Below, piece after piece: positions 26,486 through 36,137 of a stretch of DNA of 53,317 nt. The DNA is from an uncultured Caulobacteraceae bacterium (lineage in GTDB: Bacteria; Pseudomonadota; Alphaproteobacteria; Caulobacterales; Aquidulcibacteraceae), in NCBI GenBank assembly GCA_964395875.1, contig CAYNCS010000002.1:1-53317 (forward strand). Direction: 5' to 3'. Position 1 is the stretch's first letter; every line of letters begins with the position of its first letter. The translations under genes were made by a program, and so were the position numbers. The notes under the pieces were generated by a model. The model ran no database searches, was not told where the DNA came from, and worked only from the letters and a program-made list of their open reading frames with translations.

Positions 26486-27645
26486 TCAGCGGCGCGCTCG
26501 AGAGGGCCTGCCAAAGCGCCGTTCACAGAGCGAGGGCGGTTAAGGTCCGCCAAGGCGCCCACGACGCTGGACTGAAACGCAGCGTCGAAATGTTCAGGCG
26601 CGAATCGCGAGACGCTATTTTTGCAGGCTTCCGGAGAAAAATCCGAAAGGAAGCGTTCAAAGTCTTGGATGCCGGCAATCAATCCGTCGATGGAGGGGTC
26701 ATCGAAGAAGCGCCCCGACACGCCGTCTGTGACTGTGTCCAGCGCGCCGCCCCTCTGAAACGCCAGGACCGGCCGGCCGGACGCCATCATTTCGACGGGC
26801 ACGATTCCGAAATCCTCTTCCGCGGTGAAGATCAGTCCTCGCGCCGTCGCATAGGCTTTCTTCAGCGCGGCGTAAGGCAGGTTCTTGGCGAACCGGATGT
26901 TGGAATTCGCTTGCGCCCGCAGTTTGGGCTCCAGCTCGCCGTCCCCCACCATCAGAAGCGGCAGACCCAAGCGGTTGAACGCCTCCACCGCCAGATCAGG
27001 TCGCTTGTAGGCGGTCATCTGTCCGAGCCACAAATAATGCGGTTCCACGTCAGGGGAGATGGAAAATGCATCGACCTCCACAGGAGGAAAAACCACCGCC
27101 GCGTCGCGTCGGTAATATTTGCGAATCCGGCTTGCGATAAAATTGGAATTCGCCATGAAGCGGTCGACGCGCTGCGCGGACGTAACATCCCAGATGCGCA
27201 GATCGTGGGAAAACAAATCCATTCCCAGGCGGGCGACAAGACCTGCGTTCTTCCGATAGAGCGGGGCCTGATCCCACAGATACCGCATAGGAGAGTGGCA
27301 ATAGCAGACGTGCGCGGCGTCGGGTTTCGCTATGACGCCTTTGGCGGGTCCCGCCTCGCTGCTGATCACGAGATCGTATGCGCCGAGATCGAGGGCCTCC
27401 AGGGCGCGCGGCATCAACGGCAGATACTTCTGGTAGTGCCGGGTGGCGCCGGGAAGTTTCTGGATAAAGGTCGTTTGAACGTTCGCGGAGCGAATTCGGT
27501 CGGATACGCGCTCCGGCGCATAAACGTGCGTGAATATGTCGGCGTTCGGATAGAGATTCAGGATTCGCTCAAGCACCCGCTCCCCGCCGCGCATGCCGAC
27601 GAGCCAGTAATGGACGATAGCGACTCTCAATCCCACCCCAACCAC
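26482..27645 (-). CDS. Glycosyltransferase family 4 (GT-B)
   Basis: C-terminal GT1/GT4 motif TAEEDFGIVPVEMMASGRPV. 4-nt overlap with the downstream GT4 gene. Confidence 0.85.
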   Translation of the reverse strand: MVGVGLRVAIVHYWLVGMRGGERVLERILNLYPNADIFTHVYAPERVSDRIRSANVQTTFIQKLPGATRHYQKYLPLMPRALEALDLGAYDLVISSEAGPAKGVIAKPDAAHVCYCHSPMRYLWDQAPLYRKNAGLVARLGMDLFSHDLRIWDVTSAQRVDRFMANSNFIASRIRKYYRRDAAVVFPPVEVDAFSISPDVEPHYLWLGQMTAYKRPDLAVEAFNRLGLPLLMVGDGELEPKLRAQANSNIRFAKNLPYAALKKAYATARGLIFTAEEDFGIVPVEMMASGRPVLAFQRGGALDTVTDGVSGRFFDDPSIDGLIAGIQDFERFLSDFSPEACKNSVSRFAPEHFDAAFQSSVVGALADLNRPRSVNGALAGPLERAAE

Positions 27646-27731
27646 CTGAATTCAGGCTACGGCCTGTCTATAAGTAGCGCGTTTTCCACGCTGCTCATAG
27701 CGATCAATGAAGCGATTGCCCAGCGTCCGGC

Positions 27732-28511
27732 TCAGACGCCTTTGGAGGACCCCAGCATCGCCGGGATCGTCTTCAGAATGATCACGACGTCACGCTGCAG
27801 GCTCCAGTTCGCAACATATTCCGCGTCGAGTTCCGTACGGCGTTCGTAGGTCGTGGAATTGCGGCCGCTGACCTGCCAAAGTCCGGTGAGGCCTGGACGC
27901 GCCGACAAATACGCCGCCCGGCGGTCGCCATACCGGAAGAGCTCTTCCTCGGTCACAGGACGTGGGCCGACCAGGCTCATTTCGCCGCGCAGAACGTTGA
28001 TCAATTGCGGCAGTTCATCGAGGCTGGTCTTGCGAAGGATTGCGCCGATTGTTGTGATCCGTGGGTCTTTGCGCAACTTCTGGTCGCGCATCCATTCCTC
28101 GGCGGCTTCCGGGTTCTCGGCCAGATAGCGTTTGAGCCGCACTTCGGCGTCTGGCGCCATGCTGCGGAACTTCAGGCACCGGAAGGCGCCGCCGCGAAAC
28201 CCAATCCGCCGATGACCGAAAAAGACGCCGCCGGCGCCTTGCAGCGCCGCCGCGATAAAGGCCAGCGCGATAAGCGGAAGGGCCAGCAGGATTATCGCGC
28301 TGGCGCCGATGACGTCGAACGCACGTTTTGTTGCGCCGCCGACAGGCTCGGCGGTGACTGCGTTTGGGTAGCGAATGATTTTGGCCGCGGGTCGGGCGAG
28401 CGCCGTTGCGACGGATTGCCGGAGGCTGGCGCGGATGACTTCCGCAAGAAGATCCTTGCGAGGGACGCTCATGGCGACGTCTGCAATCGGCTCGTCGAGT
28501 TTTTCGGCCAT
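27732..28511 (-). CDS. Priming polyprenyl-phosphate sugar-phosphate transferase (bacterial sugar transferase, ExoY/WbaP C-terminal type), copy 1
   Basis: Single TM followed by RIGFRGGAFRCLKFRSM...[33 protein letters not shown]...[13 protein letters not shown]. Start uncertain (28580, 28511 or 28472). Confidence 0.85.
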   Translation of the reverse strand: MAEKLDEPIADVAMSVPRKDLLAEVIRASLRQSVATALARPAAKIIRYPNAVTAEPVGGATKRAFDVIGASAIILLALPLIALAFIAAALQGAGGVFFGHRRIGFRGGAFRCLKFRSMAPDAEVRLKRYLAENPEAAEEWMRDQKLRKDPRITTIGAILRKTSLDELPQLINVLRGEMSLVGPRPVTEEELFRYGDRRAAYLSARPGLTGLWQVSGRNSTTYERRTELDAEYVANWSLQRDVVIILKTIPAMLGSSKGV

Positions 28512-28616
28512 TGTGGTCACCGGCAAATGCAAGTGGAATGGTGAGAAAGTAACGTTCTGAACCGGCAAAATAAAACACAAGAGAACCAGAAGCTACCGGC
28601 GCCTTGGAGACCGCGC

Positions 28617-28639
28617 TTAAATGCGGCGCCTGCATTTAA
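28617..28639. promoter_or_regulatory. AT-rich inverted repeat TTAAATGC-N7-GCATTTAA in a divergent promoter region
   Basis: Perfect 8-bp arms read directly from the sequence. It lies between the divergently transcribed priming transferase and gtrA-like genes. Candidate operator only. Confidence 0.25.
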
Positions 28640-28830
28640 AAGGCGGCGCAAAACGTGCAGATTCGGCAATCATATTGGGCGCCAGGGCGGGTCAAGGTCC
28701 TCAAAAGGAAAAATCAAGCATGGGCGCATAGTACGCTTTCTTTCACGCGCGCTGGATTCCACCTAGAAAAGAGTGATCGGGACGCCATGCATCGCGGCGA
28801 TGGGTCGGGCGAGTTTGACGGAGACGCCGA

Positions 28831-29286
28831 ATGCTCACCGCCCCGGTGGCGCCAATTAAGAGGTATACTGAGGTGATCAGAGAAAAATTGTTGGAGGCCG
28901 CCGCACGCCGCCCCGGTCTCAAACAGTTCTTTCTGTTCGCCGCGGCCGGCGGCGTGGCGACCATCGTCCAATATTGCACCCTGATTGCTCTCGTCGAGAT
29001 AGGGCGAGTCCCACCAACCTATGCGGCTGTTCCGGCTTATATATGCGGCGCCATCACCAGTTATTCGCTGAATCGGCGGTTTGCCTTCACCGGGACAGCG
29101 CGAAGCTCCAGAAGCACCTTTCTGAAGTTCTTTCTCGTGAACCTCATCGGATTGGGCTTGAACACCTTGCTGCTCGGTCTTTTCCTGAAAGCGGGGGCTC
29201 ATTATTTGGTTGGGCAGGCGGCCGCCACGATCCTGGTGCTGTTCTGGAACTTCGCCGGAGCGAAGTTTTTCGCGTTCAGGTCGTAA
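28831..29286 (+). CDS. GtrA-family small membrane protein
   Basis: 151 aa with four hydrophobic segments. GtrA-type signature FFLFAAAGGVATIVQY...NRRFAF...KFFLVNLIGLGLN. Confidence 0.8.
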   Translation: MLTAPVAPIKRYTEVIREKLLEAAARRPGLKQFFLFAAAGGVATIVQYCTLIALVEIGRVPPTYAAVPAYICGAITSYSLNRRFAFTGTARSSRSTFLKFFLVNLIGLGLNTLLLGLFLKAGAHYLVGQAAATILVLFWNFAGAKFFAFRS

Positions 29287-30858
29287 TCAGAAGGGAAGGA
29301 CGCCCGGCGGCATCAGCATAGCCCCGATCATGCACGCGCCGCCGAAGGCGGCCACCGCCCATGATGTGCGGTCCCTGAATGCAAATACGAGCGGATCGTC
29401 GTGCATTTCCCCACGATCCGCCATCAGCCAAACCCGGCAGACCCAAAAAACCACCGCCGCCGGCAAGCCCCAAAGCAAAAACGGCTCATTATAGCGCGCG
29501 GTGATGGAATCATCCTGCAAGTAGAGTGCAAGCACCAGCGCTGACACAAAGCCGGCGCTCACGCCCATCATTTTCAGCATGGCCCCGTCGGTGCTGAAGT
29601 AGGAGCGCCGGCTCAACTCACCACCAGAACGGGCGCGCAAGGCGTCGACCTCCGCCGCGCGTTTGGCCAAGGCCAGATTCAAAAAGAAGAAGCACGAAAA
29701 CGCCAGCAACCAATCGGAGGCGGGATCGCCGGTCGCCTGTCCGCCCAGGATCACACGCAGAGTATAAAGGCTGGCGAGCAGAAACACGTCGATCAACACG
29801 ACCTGCTTGAGCCAAAAAGTATAAAGCGTGGTGGAGACGAGATAGAGAAGAAGAAGACCCAGCACGCCGGCCGCGGAGCCAAGATAGAGACCGATCCCCA
29901 GGAACACGAAAGAGGCCGCAACGCCGGTGACGGGCGACAGCGCGCCGCTCGCGAAGGGGCGCGTCCGTTTCCGGTGGTGGCGGCGATCGGCGTCGATGTC
30001 CGAAGCGTCGTTGATCAGATACACGCTCGACGCCGTGAAGCTGAGCGCCCAGAACGCCGTAAACGCCTGGAGCCAGGACACGGGGTCCATCCAGCCCTGG
30101 CCCACAAGCATGGGCAGAAAAACCAGGACGTTCTTGGCCCATTGCTGCGGACGAATCGCCTTTATGAAAGCGCGCAGCTTGCCGCCATGGGCAGGGAACG
30201 TTTTTTCGACGGGGGCGCTTGCTTGCGCCTGGCGTCCAATGGCCGGTGGTACGCTGACCAGGACGGCGCCGCTAGCTTTCGCCCACACCTTGAGATCGGC
30301 GGCTTCGTTCCCCGCGTATACAAAGCCTTCCGGATACGCAGCCTGGAGCGCGTCCGCCTTGCGATGGGACTTGAGGTTCGTGTCCGTGTCGGAGGCGAAG
30401 ACCGCGGAAAATAATCCCAGGTGCGCCGCGACCCGCTCCGCTTCGCTCCTATGCGACGCCGTTGCGAGAACGACGGTCCGGCCGTCTCCGACTTCATCCT
30501 GCAGCCATGCGACCACGCGATCGTCAAATGGCAGCGATGCCGGATCGCACGGCGAGATCTCGGCGAGTCTGGACTTTACATAGGCTCGGCCCTTTAGGAA
30601 CCAGAGGGCGAGCTCCAAAGCGCGCCAGGGAGAGCGAAACAGGAGACGGAGAAGCGCTTCGACAAATAGATCGGTGCGGATCAGCGTTCCATCGAGGTCG
30701 ACGGCGAGAGGCGGTTTCCCATCGCGGGCTGGAACGGTCCGCGCCGCTGCAACAACCTGCTCATTCACGGTCGTTCTCCTGTTCGCCTTGAAGGCCCTGT
30801 CATCCGGAACGGGAATGGTCATATTCGCCAATACCTGCTCCACCCGCACAGATTTCAT
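29287..30858 (-). CDS. Fusion of a HAD-like phosphatase domain and a UbiA-family polyprenyl-phosphate phosphoribosyltransferase-like domain
   Basis: N-terminal HAD motifs AVDLDGTL, LATAS, GNEAADL. C-terminal UbiA domain with INDASDIDADRRH (NDxxDxxxD), as in decaprenyl-phosphate phosphoribosyltransferase, and multiple TM segments. Confidence 0.85.
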   Translation of the reverse strand: MKSVRVEQVLANMTIPVPDDRAFKANRRTTVNEQVVAAARTVPARDGKPPLAVDLDGTLIRTDLFVEALLRLLFRSPWRALELALWFLKGRAYVKSRLAEISPCDPASLPFDDRVVAWLQDEVGDGRTVVLATASHRSEAERVAAHLGLFSAVFASDTDTNLKSHRKADALQAAYPEGFVYAGNEAADLKVWAKASGAVLVSVPPAIGRQAQASAPVEKTFPAHGGKLRAFIKAIRPQQWAKNVLVFLPMLVGQGWMDPVSWLQAFTAFWALSFTASSVYLINDASDIDADRRHHRKRTRPFASGALSPVTGVAASFVFLGIGLYLGSAAGVLGLLLLYLVSTTLYTFWLKQVVLIDVFLLASLYTLRVILGGQATGDPASDWLLAFSCFFFLNLALAKRAAEVDALRARSGGELSRRSYFSTDGAMLKMMGVSAGFVSALVLALYLQDDSITARYNEPFLLWGLPAAVVFWVCRVWLMADRGEMHDDPLVFAFRDRTSWAVAAFGGACMIGAMLMPPGVLPF

Positions 30859-31014
30859 CGTCGGTGGACGGAAAAAACCTATACCATGGGTATAACGTAA
30901 CCATCACAGCGTAAAATACGTTCGCGCTGGCCGCGTGAAACAGCGCGCTTCTGGATAGCCTTGCTTGTTTGGTCCCCCTGATATCGATAGGTGAGGGCGA
31001 CGGGGGGCAATCAA

Positions 31015-32391
31015 ATGGCGTCTCAAATGCAGGGCCGAGGGCTAAACAAAACCATCGCGGAGGGGTTGAACGCCTTTCACCGCCTTTGGCGCCGCCTTAA
31101 TGACGACCCCGCGGGCAAGATCGTCCTGGCCGGATTCTATATCGTTGCGGCCCTCATTCCCCTGAACGTCGTCCAATATAAATTGCTCGGCTGGTCGACT
31201 TTCCCGGCGTGGAAGGAATGGCTGACGAATTTTCACTTCGGCAATTGGGATTCCTGGGAGCCGATGCGCCAGGCGCTGGCATATGCCCGGACCGACAAAG
31301 CGGGCACACTGTACCAGGAGATTTTCTTCAACCGGCACGTGAAGTTCCAATACGCCCCCACGGCGCTTCTTCCGTTGGCGGCGTTGCAGGGTCTTGGGAT
31401 CAACACCTCCGACGCCTTCCTGAACAATCTGAATCGGTTGCTGGTGCTGGCGAATGCGCTCGGCGTCGGTTTTGTTTTCAGGCTCACGCTCACAAGGACA
31501 ATGGGTGCGGAATATGCGCGCTCGGCAATTGGCGTCGCCGGCGCGATTATGAGCGGCGTTTCCGTATTCGTTTTCTACCCGGTGATGATGGCGTTCTGGT
31601 CCGGGCAAATCCAAATTTGGATCGACCTGTGTTTCACGCTGGCTTGCATAGCCTTTTTGCTGAAGCGGGACGCCACGGCGGGCGTCCTGGTCGGGTTCGT
31701 CTGTTTGCTGAAGCCGCAACTGGCGGTTCTGGCGCTATGGGCGCTCGTGCGGCGCAGATGGCGGTTCATGTTTGGCGCCGCCGCTGTTCTCATTCCCTGC
31801 GGACTCATATCGCTGGCGACTTTTGGGTTGGGCGCGCATCTGGGCTATCTCGAAGTCCTGAGTTTCCTGTCGCGTCACGGCGAAGCCATGATCGCGAATA
31901 ACTCGGTCAATGGAATGCTCAACAATTGGATGGGGATGGCCAATCCCCTGATCTGGGAGGAGCACGGTTTCCCCGCTTACAATCCGATCGTCTATTATGG
32001 CGGGCTATTGGCTGCGGTTCTTCTGGTGGGCGCATCCTTGTGGCCCAAAGCGGGCTCGTCGGAGGTTCTTGGCCTATTCGATTTTCAAGCCGCGGCTTTG
32101 GCCTACACGATGGCGGCGCCGATCGCGTGGGAGCACCATTACGGCATTCTGCCGCCAATGTTCGCGGGATTGGCGGCGGCGCTCGTCAGTGCGCCGAGTT
32201 CCCCACTGGGCGCCAAGAATTTGCTGCTAATGGCGGGCGCGTTCCTCCTGTCCGCCATTTGCATCACATCGCACAAATATATATCCGCCACGCCACTGAA
32301 CTTGCTGCATGGCTATCTCTTCGTCGCAGGGCTGCTGGTGTTGCGGCTGTTATGGGACGCACCCAAAAGCCTTTCGCCCGCGCGGGGTTAA
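31015..32391 (+). CDS. GT-C fold polytopic membrane glycosyltransferase (DUF2029/GT87-like)
   Basis: About 11 hydrophobic segments and no soluble domain. General resemblance to the 36138..37439 protein (e.g. LLKPQLAVLALW vs VTKPPLALFGFF). Start at ATG 31015 after a G-rich RBS (the ORF-track start at 30991 is GTG). Family assignment by architecture only. Confidence 0.65.
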   Translation: MASQMQGRGLNKTIAEGLNAFHRLWRRLNDDPAGKIVLAGFYIVAALIPLNVVQYKLLGWSTFPAWKEWLTNFHFGNWDSWEPMRQALAYARTDKAGTLYQEIFFNRHVKFQYAPTALLPLAALQGLGINTSDAFLNNLNRLLVLANALGVGFVFRLTLTRTMGAEYARSAIGVAGAIMSGVSVFVFYPVMMAFWSGQIQIWIDLCFTLACIAFLLKRDATAGVLVGFVCLLKPQLAVLALWALVRRRWRFMFGAAAVLIPCGLISLATFGLGAHLGYLEVLSFLSRHGEAMIANNSVNGMLNNWMGMANPLIWEEHGFPAYNPIVYYGGLLAAVLLVGASLWPKAGSSEVLGLFDFQAAALAYTMAAPIAWEHHYGILPPMFAGLAAALVSAPSSPLGAKNLLLMAGAFLLSAICITSHKYISATPLNLLHGYLFVAGLLVLRLLWDAPKSLSPARG

Positions 32392-32458
32392 AAACCCCGC
32401 CTGCGTCCAGAGCCGCGGAACTCTGACAAACGCTTAAAACAAAAAGTCCCGCTGGACG

Positions 32459-33301
32459 TCAGTAGGCGCGCGAAGACGGAAGCAGTTCAGGGACCGTGCG
32501 CAGCACGATTTTGAGGTCACTGAGAAGGGACCAGCGCCGCACATATTCCTCGTCGAGCGCCGTCCGCCGCTCATAGGTTGTAGAATTGCGACCGCTCACC
32601 TGCCAGAGGCCAGTAATGCCAGGGCGCGCCGACAGGTACGAAGTCTTGCGCGACCCATATCGCGCAAGTTCATCCGCGGTGACGGGCCGAGGACCGACGA
32701 GGCTCATCTCGCCGCGCAGAACGTTCAGGAGCTGCGGCAATTCATCCAGGCTTGTCTTGCGAAGAATGCCGCCGATACGGGTGATCCGCGGATCGTGACG
32801 AAGCTTTTGCGTTTCGGCCCATTCGAGCGCCGCTGCTTTATTCGCCGCCAGATGTTCGGCCAAACGGTCTTCGGCGTCGACCACCATCGTGCGGAACTTC
32901 CAGCACGTGAATTCGCGACCCCTGAATCCGACCCGACGATGTCCGAAGAGCAACGGACCCGTGCTGGACAGTTTGGCGCACACCGCGACGGCGAGAATGA
33001 GTGGAGACGCCAGCAGGGCGATGCCGCACACGGCGGCCACATCGACCGCGCGTTTGGCCGCGCCGCCAACCGGCGTTGAGCGTACGGCGGCGTTGGGGTG
33101 ATAGATGATTTCCGCGCTCTCGACGGCCGCGGACTCTGCTGCGGCGCTGGCGAGGTGAATATCCGCCAAGAGATCACGCGCCGACGCAGCCGCCTCCGTT
33201 CGTAGCGGTTGCTCGTCGTTTTTTTCGATTGAATTTGGATTGTAGGCCACTTGGCCCCCCGTATCCCCAACGCTTCTATAATCTACTCGTTCCGGTGGCA
33301 A
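32459..33301 (-). CDS. Priming polyprenyl-phosphate sugar-phosphate transferase, copy 2 (paralogue of 27732..28511)
   Basis: [17 protein letters not shown]...[37 protein letters not shown]...[13 protein letters not shown]. Collinear with copy 1 along its whole length, including the N-terminal extension. Confidence 0.85.
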   Translation of the reverse strand: MPPERVDYRSVGDTGGQVAYNPNSIEKNDEQPLRTEAAASARDLLADIHLASAAAESAAVESAEIIYHPNAAVRSTPVGGAAKRAVDVAAVCGIALLASPLILAVAVCAKLSSTGPLLFGHRRVGFRGREFTCWKFRTMVVDAEDRLAEHLAANKAAALEWAETQKLRHDPRITRIGGILRKTSLDELPQLLNVLRGEMSLVGPRPVTADELARYGSRKTSYLSARPGITGLWQVSGRNSTTYERRTALDEEYVRRWSLLSDLKIVLRTVPELLPSSRAY

Positions 33302-33539
33302 AACAAGTGGCGGCGTTCAAGAATGCCAAAGCAAAACGACAAATCCAGAGACGATGAGGCAAAAATACTCCAGGCGCCTCTTCAAATATCGGACAGGCAC
33401 GTCTCCTCGCTAGAGTGACGGTCCAACATAATCGCTCAGGTAGTAGAGACTGTGCTTTCGCTGCGCGCCGTGAGTATGGCGCGGCGATCAGATGTCCAGC
33501 CGCGTCAAGTTCGCAGTTTTGTGACGACGGTGATGCACC

Positions 33540-34811
33540 TCACTCGCGCGCCGGCGGCAAGGCGACGGGACCGCCGGGATAGAAGCCAATTTCCCTGTAG
33601 GTGACCGCAGACGGAAGACTCGACCGCTCGCGGTCGAAAAGGGCCGGCTTGCGCCCCTTCAAATGAACGTCAAAGAAATCCCGGCTATACAAATTTATGG
33701 CGTTATAAAAATTGATGGGATTGTCCAGGAGCCAAACCCGGGACAAATGCGGCTCCAAAGCAGCATCGCTAAAGCTGGAATGATCGCTCCGCAAGATACG
33801 TACGCCCGCACTGCCGGGGCGCGCCGCCAAATGTATCCGTTCGCGGAACTCACGCGCCAACAAACGTGAGGGATAGCGCTCCTGCGGAGATGACGCGTTC
33901 AGCGCCGCCGCGTCGGGAACAGGATAATCGCGCGTGAAATCAAGATAAGGCGCGCTAACTTTGCCCAGGAGCGCTTGCCCAAAAAGATCGCCGTCGAGGT
34001 TCACAACCGCAGCGATACGTGGATCCAGCGTGGCGGCTTCCGCCGCCGCGGCCCCGCCGATCGAATATCCAAGAAAGCCGACTCGATCAAAATTGACCGA
34101 ACCCAGCCAGTTTGGCGCGGGGATGCGCCTGGCGCAGGCGCTGAGCCGGTCAAGCGCGGCCAACGCTTTCACTGCCTGCAATCGAACGCGTATATCGTTG
34201 AGCGACAAAGTGCGCGCGTATTCTTGGTCCGTGGCGAATGGCCAGTCATGCAGGCGCGCCGCCTCTTCCTCCGGCGTGGCTTCGATCGGAGGATCGAGCC
34301 AGACGTCGTTTAGCGCCACAATGATGTAACCGTGGCTCGCTAGATAAGACACCCGCGCCGAATTGTCGTAGCCGGGCCCGCGAAAATGCGGAGCGTAGAG
34401 AATCGCGCGCGTTGGATCTTCTTCGCGCGTCAGGGGAAGAGCATCCAGCGCTTCACAGGTCTGCACGTCCCGCTCGCTTTGCTTGGCTGCGGCGGGATAC
34501 CAAAGCCGTACATAAATTGGGCCCCGATAAGCGTCCGGCGCATCGCGCGGGAGCGTTACTTCCGCGAAGGCGGGTTGATAAGGGCCATTGGGCGCTAGGG
34601 GGCGAAGTGCAACCAGTGAGGGCGGAACGGCAAAGCCGATGCACAAAAGCATGGCGATTCCGAACATGGAAAGGCGCAATCGCGGATGGCGCGTGATGAA
34701 AGACGGCGGCCGCAGAAGGATGACCGTGCCAATGGCGGCCATAATCGCCGCGGCGAACCAGCCGGAGGCGCCGCTCAGCGCAACGAATATGGCGTCCAGG
34801 AAACCGATCAT
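33540..34811 (-). CDS. Membrane-anchored alpha/beta hydrolase (PAF-acetylhydrolase/dienelactone-hydrolase-like)
   Basis: N-terminal TM helices. Nucleophile elbow VGFLGYSIGGAAA (GxSxG). 423 aa. Confidence 0.7.
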   Translation of the reverse strand: MIGFLDAIFVALSGASGWFAAAIMAAIGTVILLRPPSFITRHPRLRLSMFGIAMLLCIGFAVPPSLVALRPLAPNGPYQPAFAEVTLPRDAPDAYRGPIYVRLWYPAAAKQSERDVQTCEALDALPLTREEDPTRAILYAPHFRGPGYDNSARVSYLASHGYIIVALNDVWLDPPIEATPEEEAARLHDWPFATDQEYARTLSLNDIRVRLQAVKALAALDRLSACARRIPAPNWLGSVNFDRVGFLGYSIGGAAAAEAATLDPRIAAVVNLDGDLFGQALLGKVSAPYLDFTRDYPVPDAAALNASSPQERYPSRLLAREFRERIHLAARPGSAGVRILRSDHSSFSDAALEPHLSRVWLLDNPINFYNAINLYSRDFFDVHLKGRKPALFDRERSSLPSAVTYREIGFYPGGPVALPPARE

Positions 34812-35092
34812 GAAATCTGCTTGGCTGTGGTCTTGCGCGGCAGAAAAGCAGCCCTGCCGTCGATCGCGCCAGAAGACGCAAGCGTGCAGCGTCTTTGCAA
34901 TAGAAGAGCTACCGGAGATTGTCGGTGGACAGACTATGCCAATATTTTAATTGGCGAAAGTTGTCTGCTGTATCAATTTTCGCCGTTGCGCGAGAGCGGG
35001 GGCGGTGATACGCCCGCGCCGCCCGCGCGTAGGTGTTCAGGGTTGAGTGGCCCCATTTGACGGCCCTTGGCGGATAAGAAGGCGTCGCCGCG

Positions 35093-35968
35093 ATGCGGAT
35101 AGGAATAGTGATCGCGACGACCGGCCGGCGCGATACAGTAGAGCGAACGGCGCCGCTTTGGGCTGCGCAAACCAGCCCGTACGATCGTTTGGTCTTCAGC
35201 GTTCCGAGCCCGGAGGACATCGGCCCCCTCGCCGCGGGATTGCCGGGCGCTGAAATAAAATTGTCGCCAAAAGGGCTCACCAAGCAACGGAATTGCGCGC
35301 TCGATCACTTGGGATCGGATTGCGACATCGTTCTGTTTGCTGACGATGATTTCGTACCCTCTCACCGCTACATTCAGGCGGTGCGCGATATCATGGCGGC
35401 GGAAACCGACATCGTCATCCTGTCGGGATATGTGCTCGCGGACGGGATCAACAGCGAAGGAATCTCCTTCGAGGACGCCGTGAATATCGTTTCAGATCAT
35501 GAGTCTAAGCCAGTCATCACGCCGCCGGTGATGGACGTCATGCCGCACGCTTATGGTTGCAACATGGCCATTCGCGTGACGGCCCATCCGGAGCTCCGCT
35601 TCGACGAACGCCTGCCCTTGTATGGTTGGCTCGAGGATCTGGATTATTCCCGGCGGATCGCCAGCCGCGGCCGCTTGATCAGATGCAGCGCCGTCGCGGG
35701 CGTTCACATGGGGACGAAACGCGGCCGTCAATCAGGCTTGAAACTCGGCTATTCGCAGGTCGCCAATCCGCTTTATTTCGTTGGAAAGGGCACCATGCCC
35801 TTGAGCGAGGCGGTTACTCAAATCGGCCGCAACGTCGCGGCGAATCTCGTGCGGTGCGTGCATCCCGAACCGTGGGTGGATCGCCTCGGCCGGTTGCATG
35901 GCAACATCCTGGCCTTTGGCGACGCGCTATTCGGGCGCATGCGTCCTGAGCGGGTGGAAGAGCTCTGA
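35093..35968 (+). CDS. Glycosyltransferase family 2-like
   Basis: MRIGIVIATTGRR N-terminus, DxD region VLFADDDFVP, later GCNMAIR and EDLDYSRR blocks. Confidence 0.75.
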   Translation: MRIGIVIATTGRRDTVERTAPLWAAQTSPYDRLVFSVPSPEDIGPLAAGLPGAEIKLSPKGLTKQRNCALDHLGSDCDIVLFADDDFVPSHRYIQAVRDIMAAETDIVILSGYVLADGINSEGISFEDAVNIVSDHESKPVITPPVMDVMPHAYGCNMAIRVTAHPELRFDERLPLYGWLEDLDYSRRIASRGRLIRCSAVAGVHMGTKRGRQSGLKLGYSQVANPLYFVGKGTMPLSEAVTQIGRNVAANLVRCVHPEPWVDRLGRLHGNILAFGDALFGRMRPERVEEL

Positions 35969-36137
35969 CGGCGCCCGCCTTCACCGCCGCCTGAACGGAA
36001 TCGCGCTGCTTTGAAGGCGCCTGAAGATACAGCCCGTCGCGTTTGGCGAGCGTCGTTGCCAAGCGCGCCGCGCCGGTGAACATAGGCGCGCGCCGAACAG
36101 GCCGGGTCAGGCGCCCCGAAATGCAGGACGCCGACTT

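Noticed and set aside
26359-27849. 496-aa plus-strand ORF across the GT4 gene (similarly 25514..26575 across the other GT4)
   Set aside because: These are shadow frames. The minus strand encodes E-x7-E glycosyltransferase motifs with a 4-nt operon overlap.
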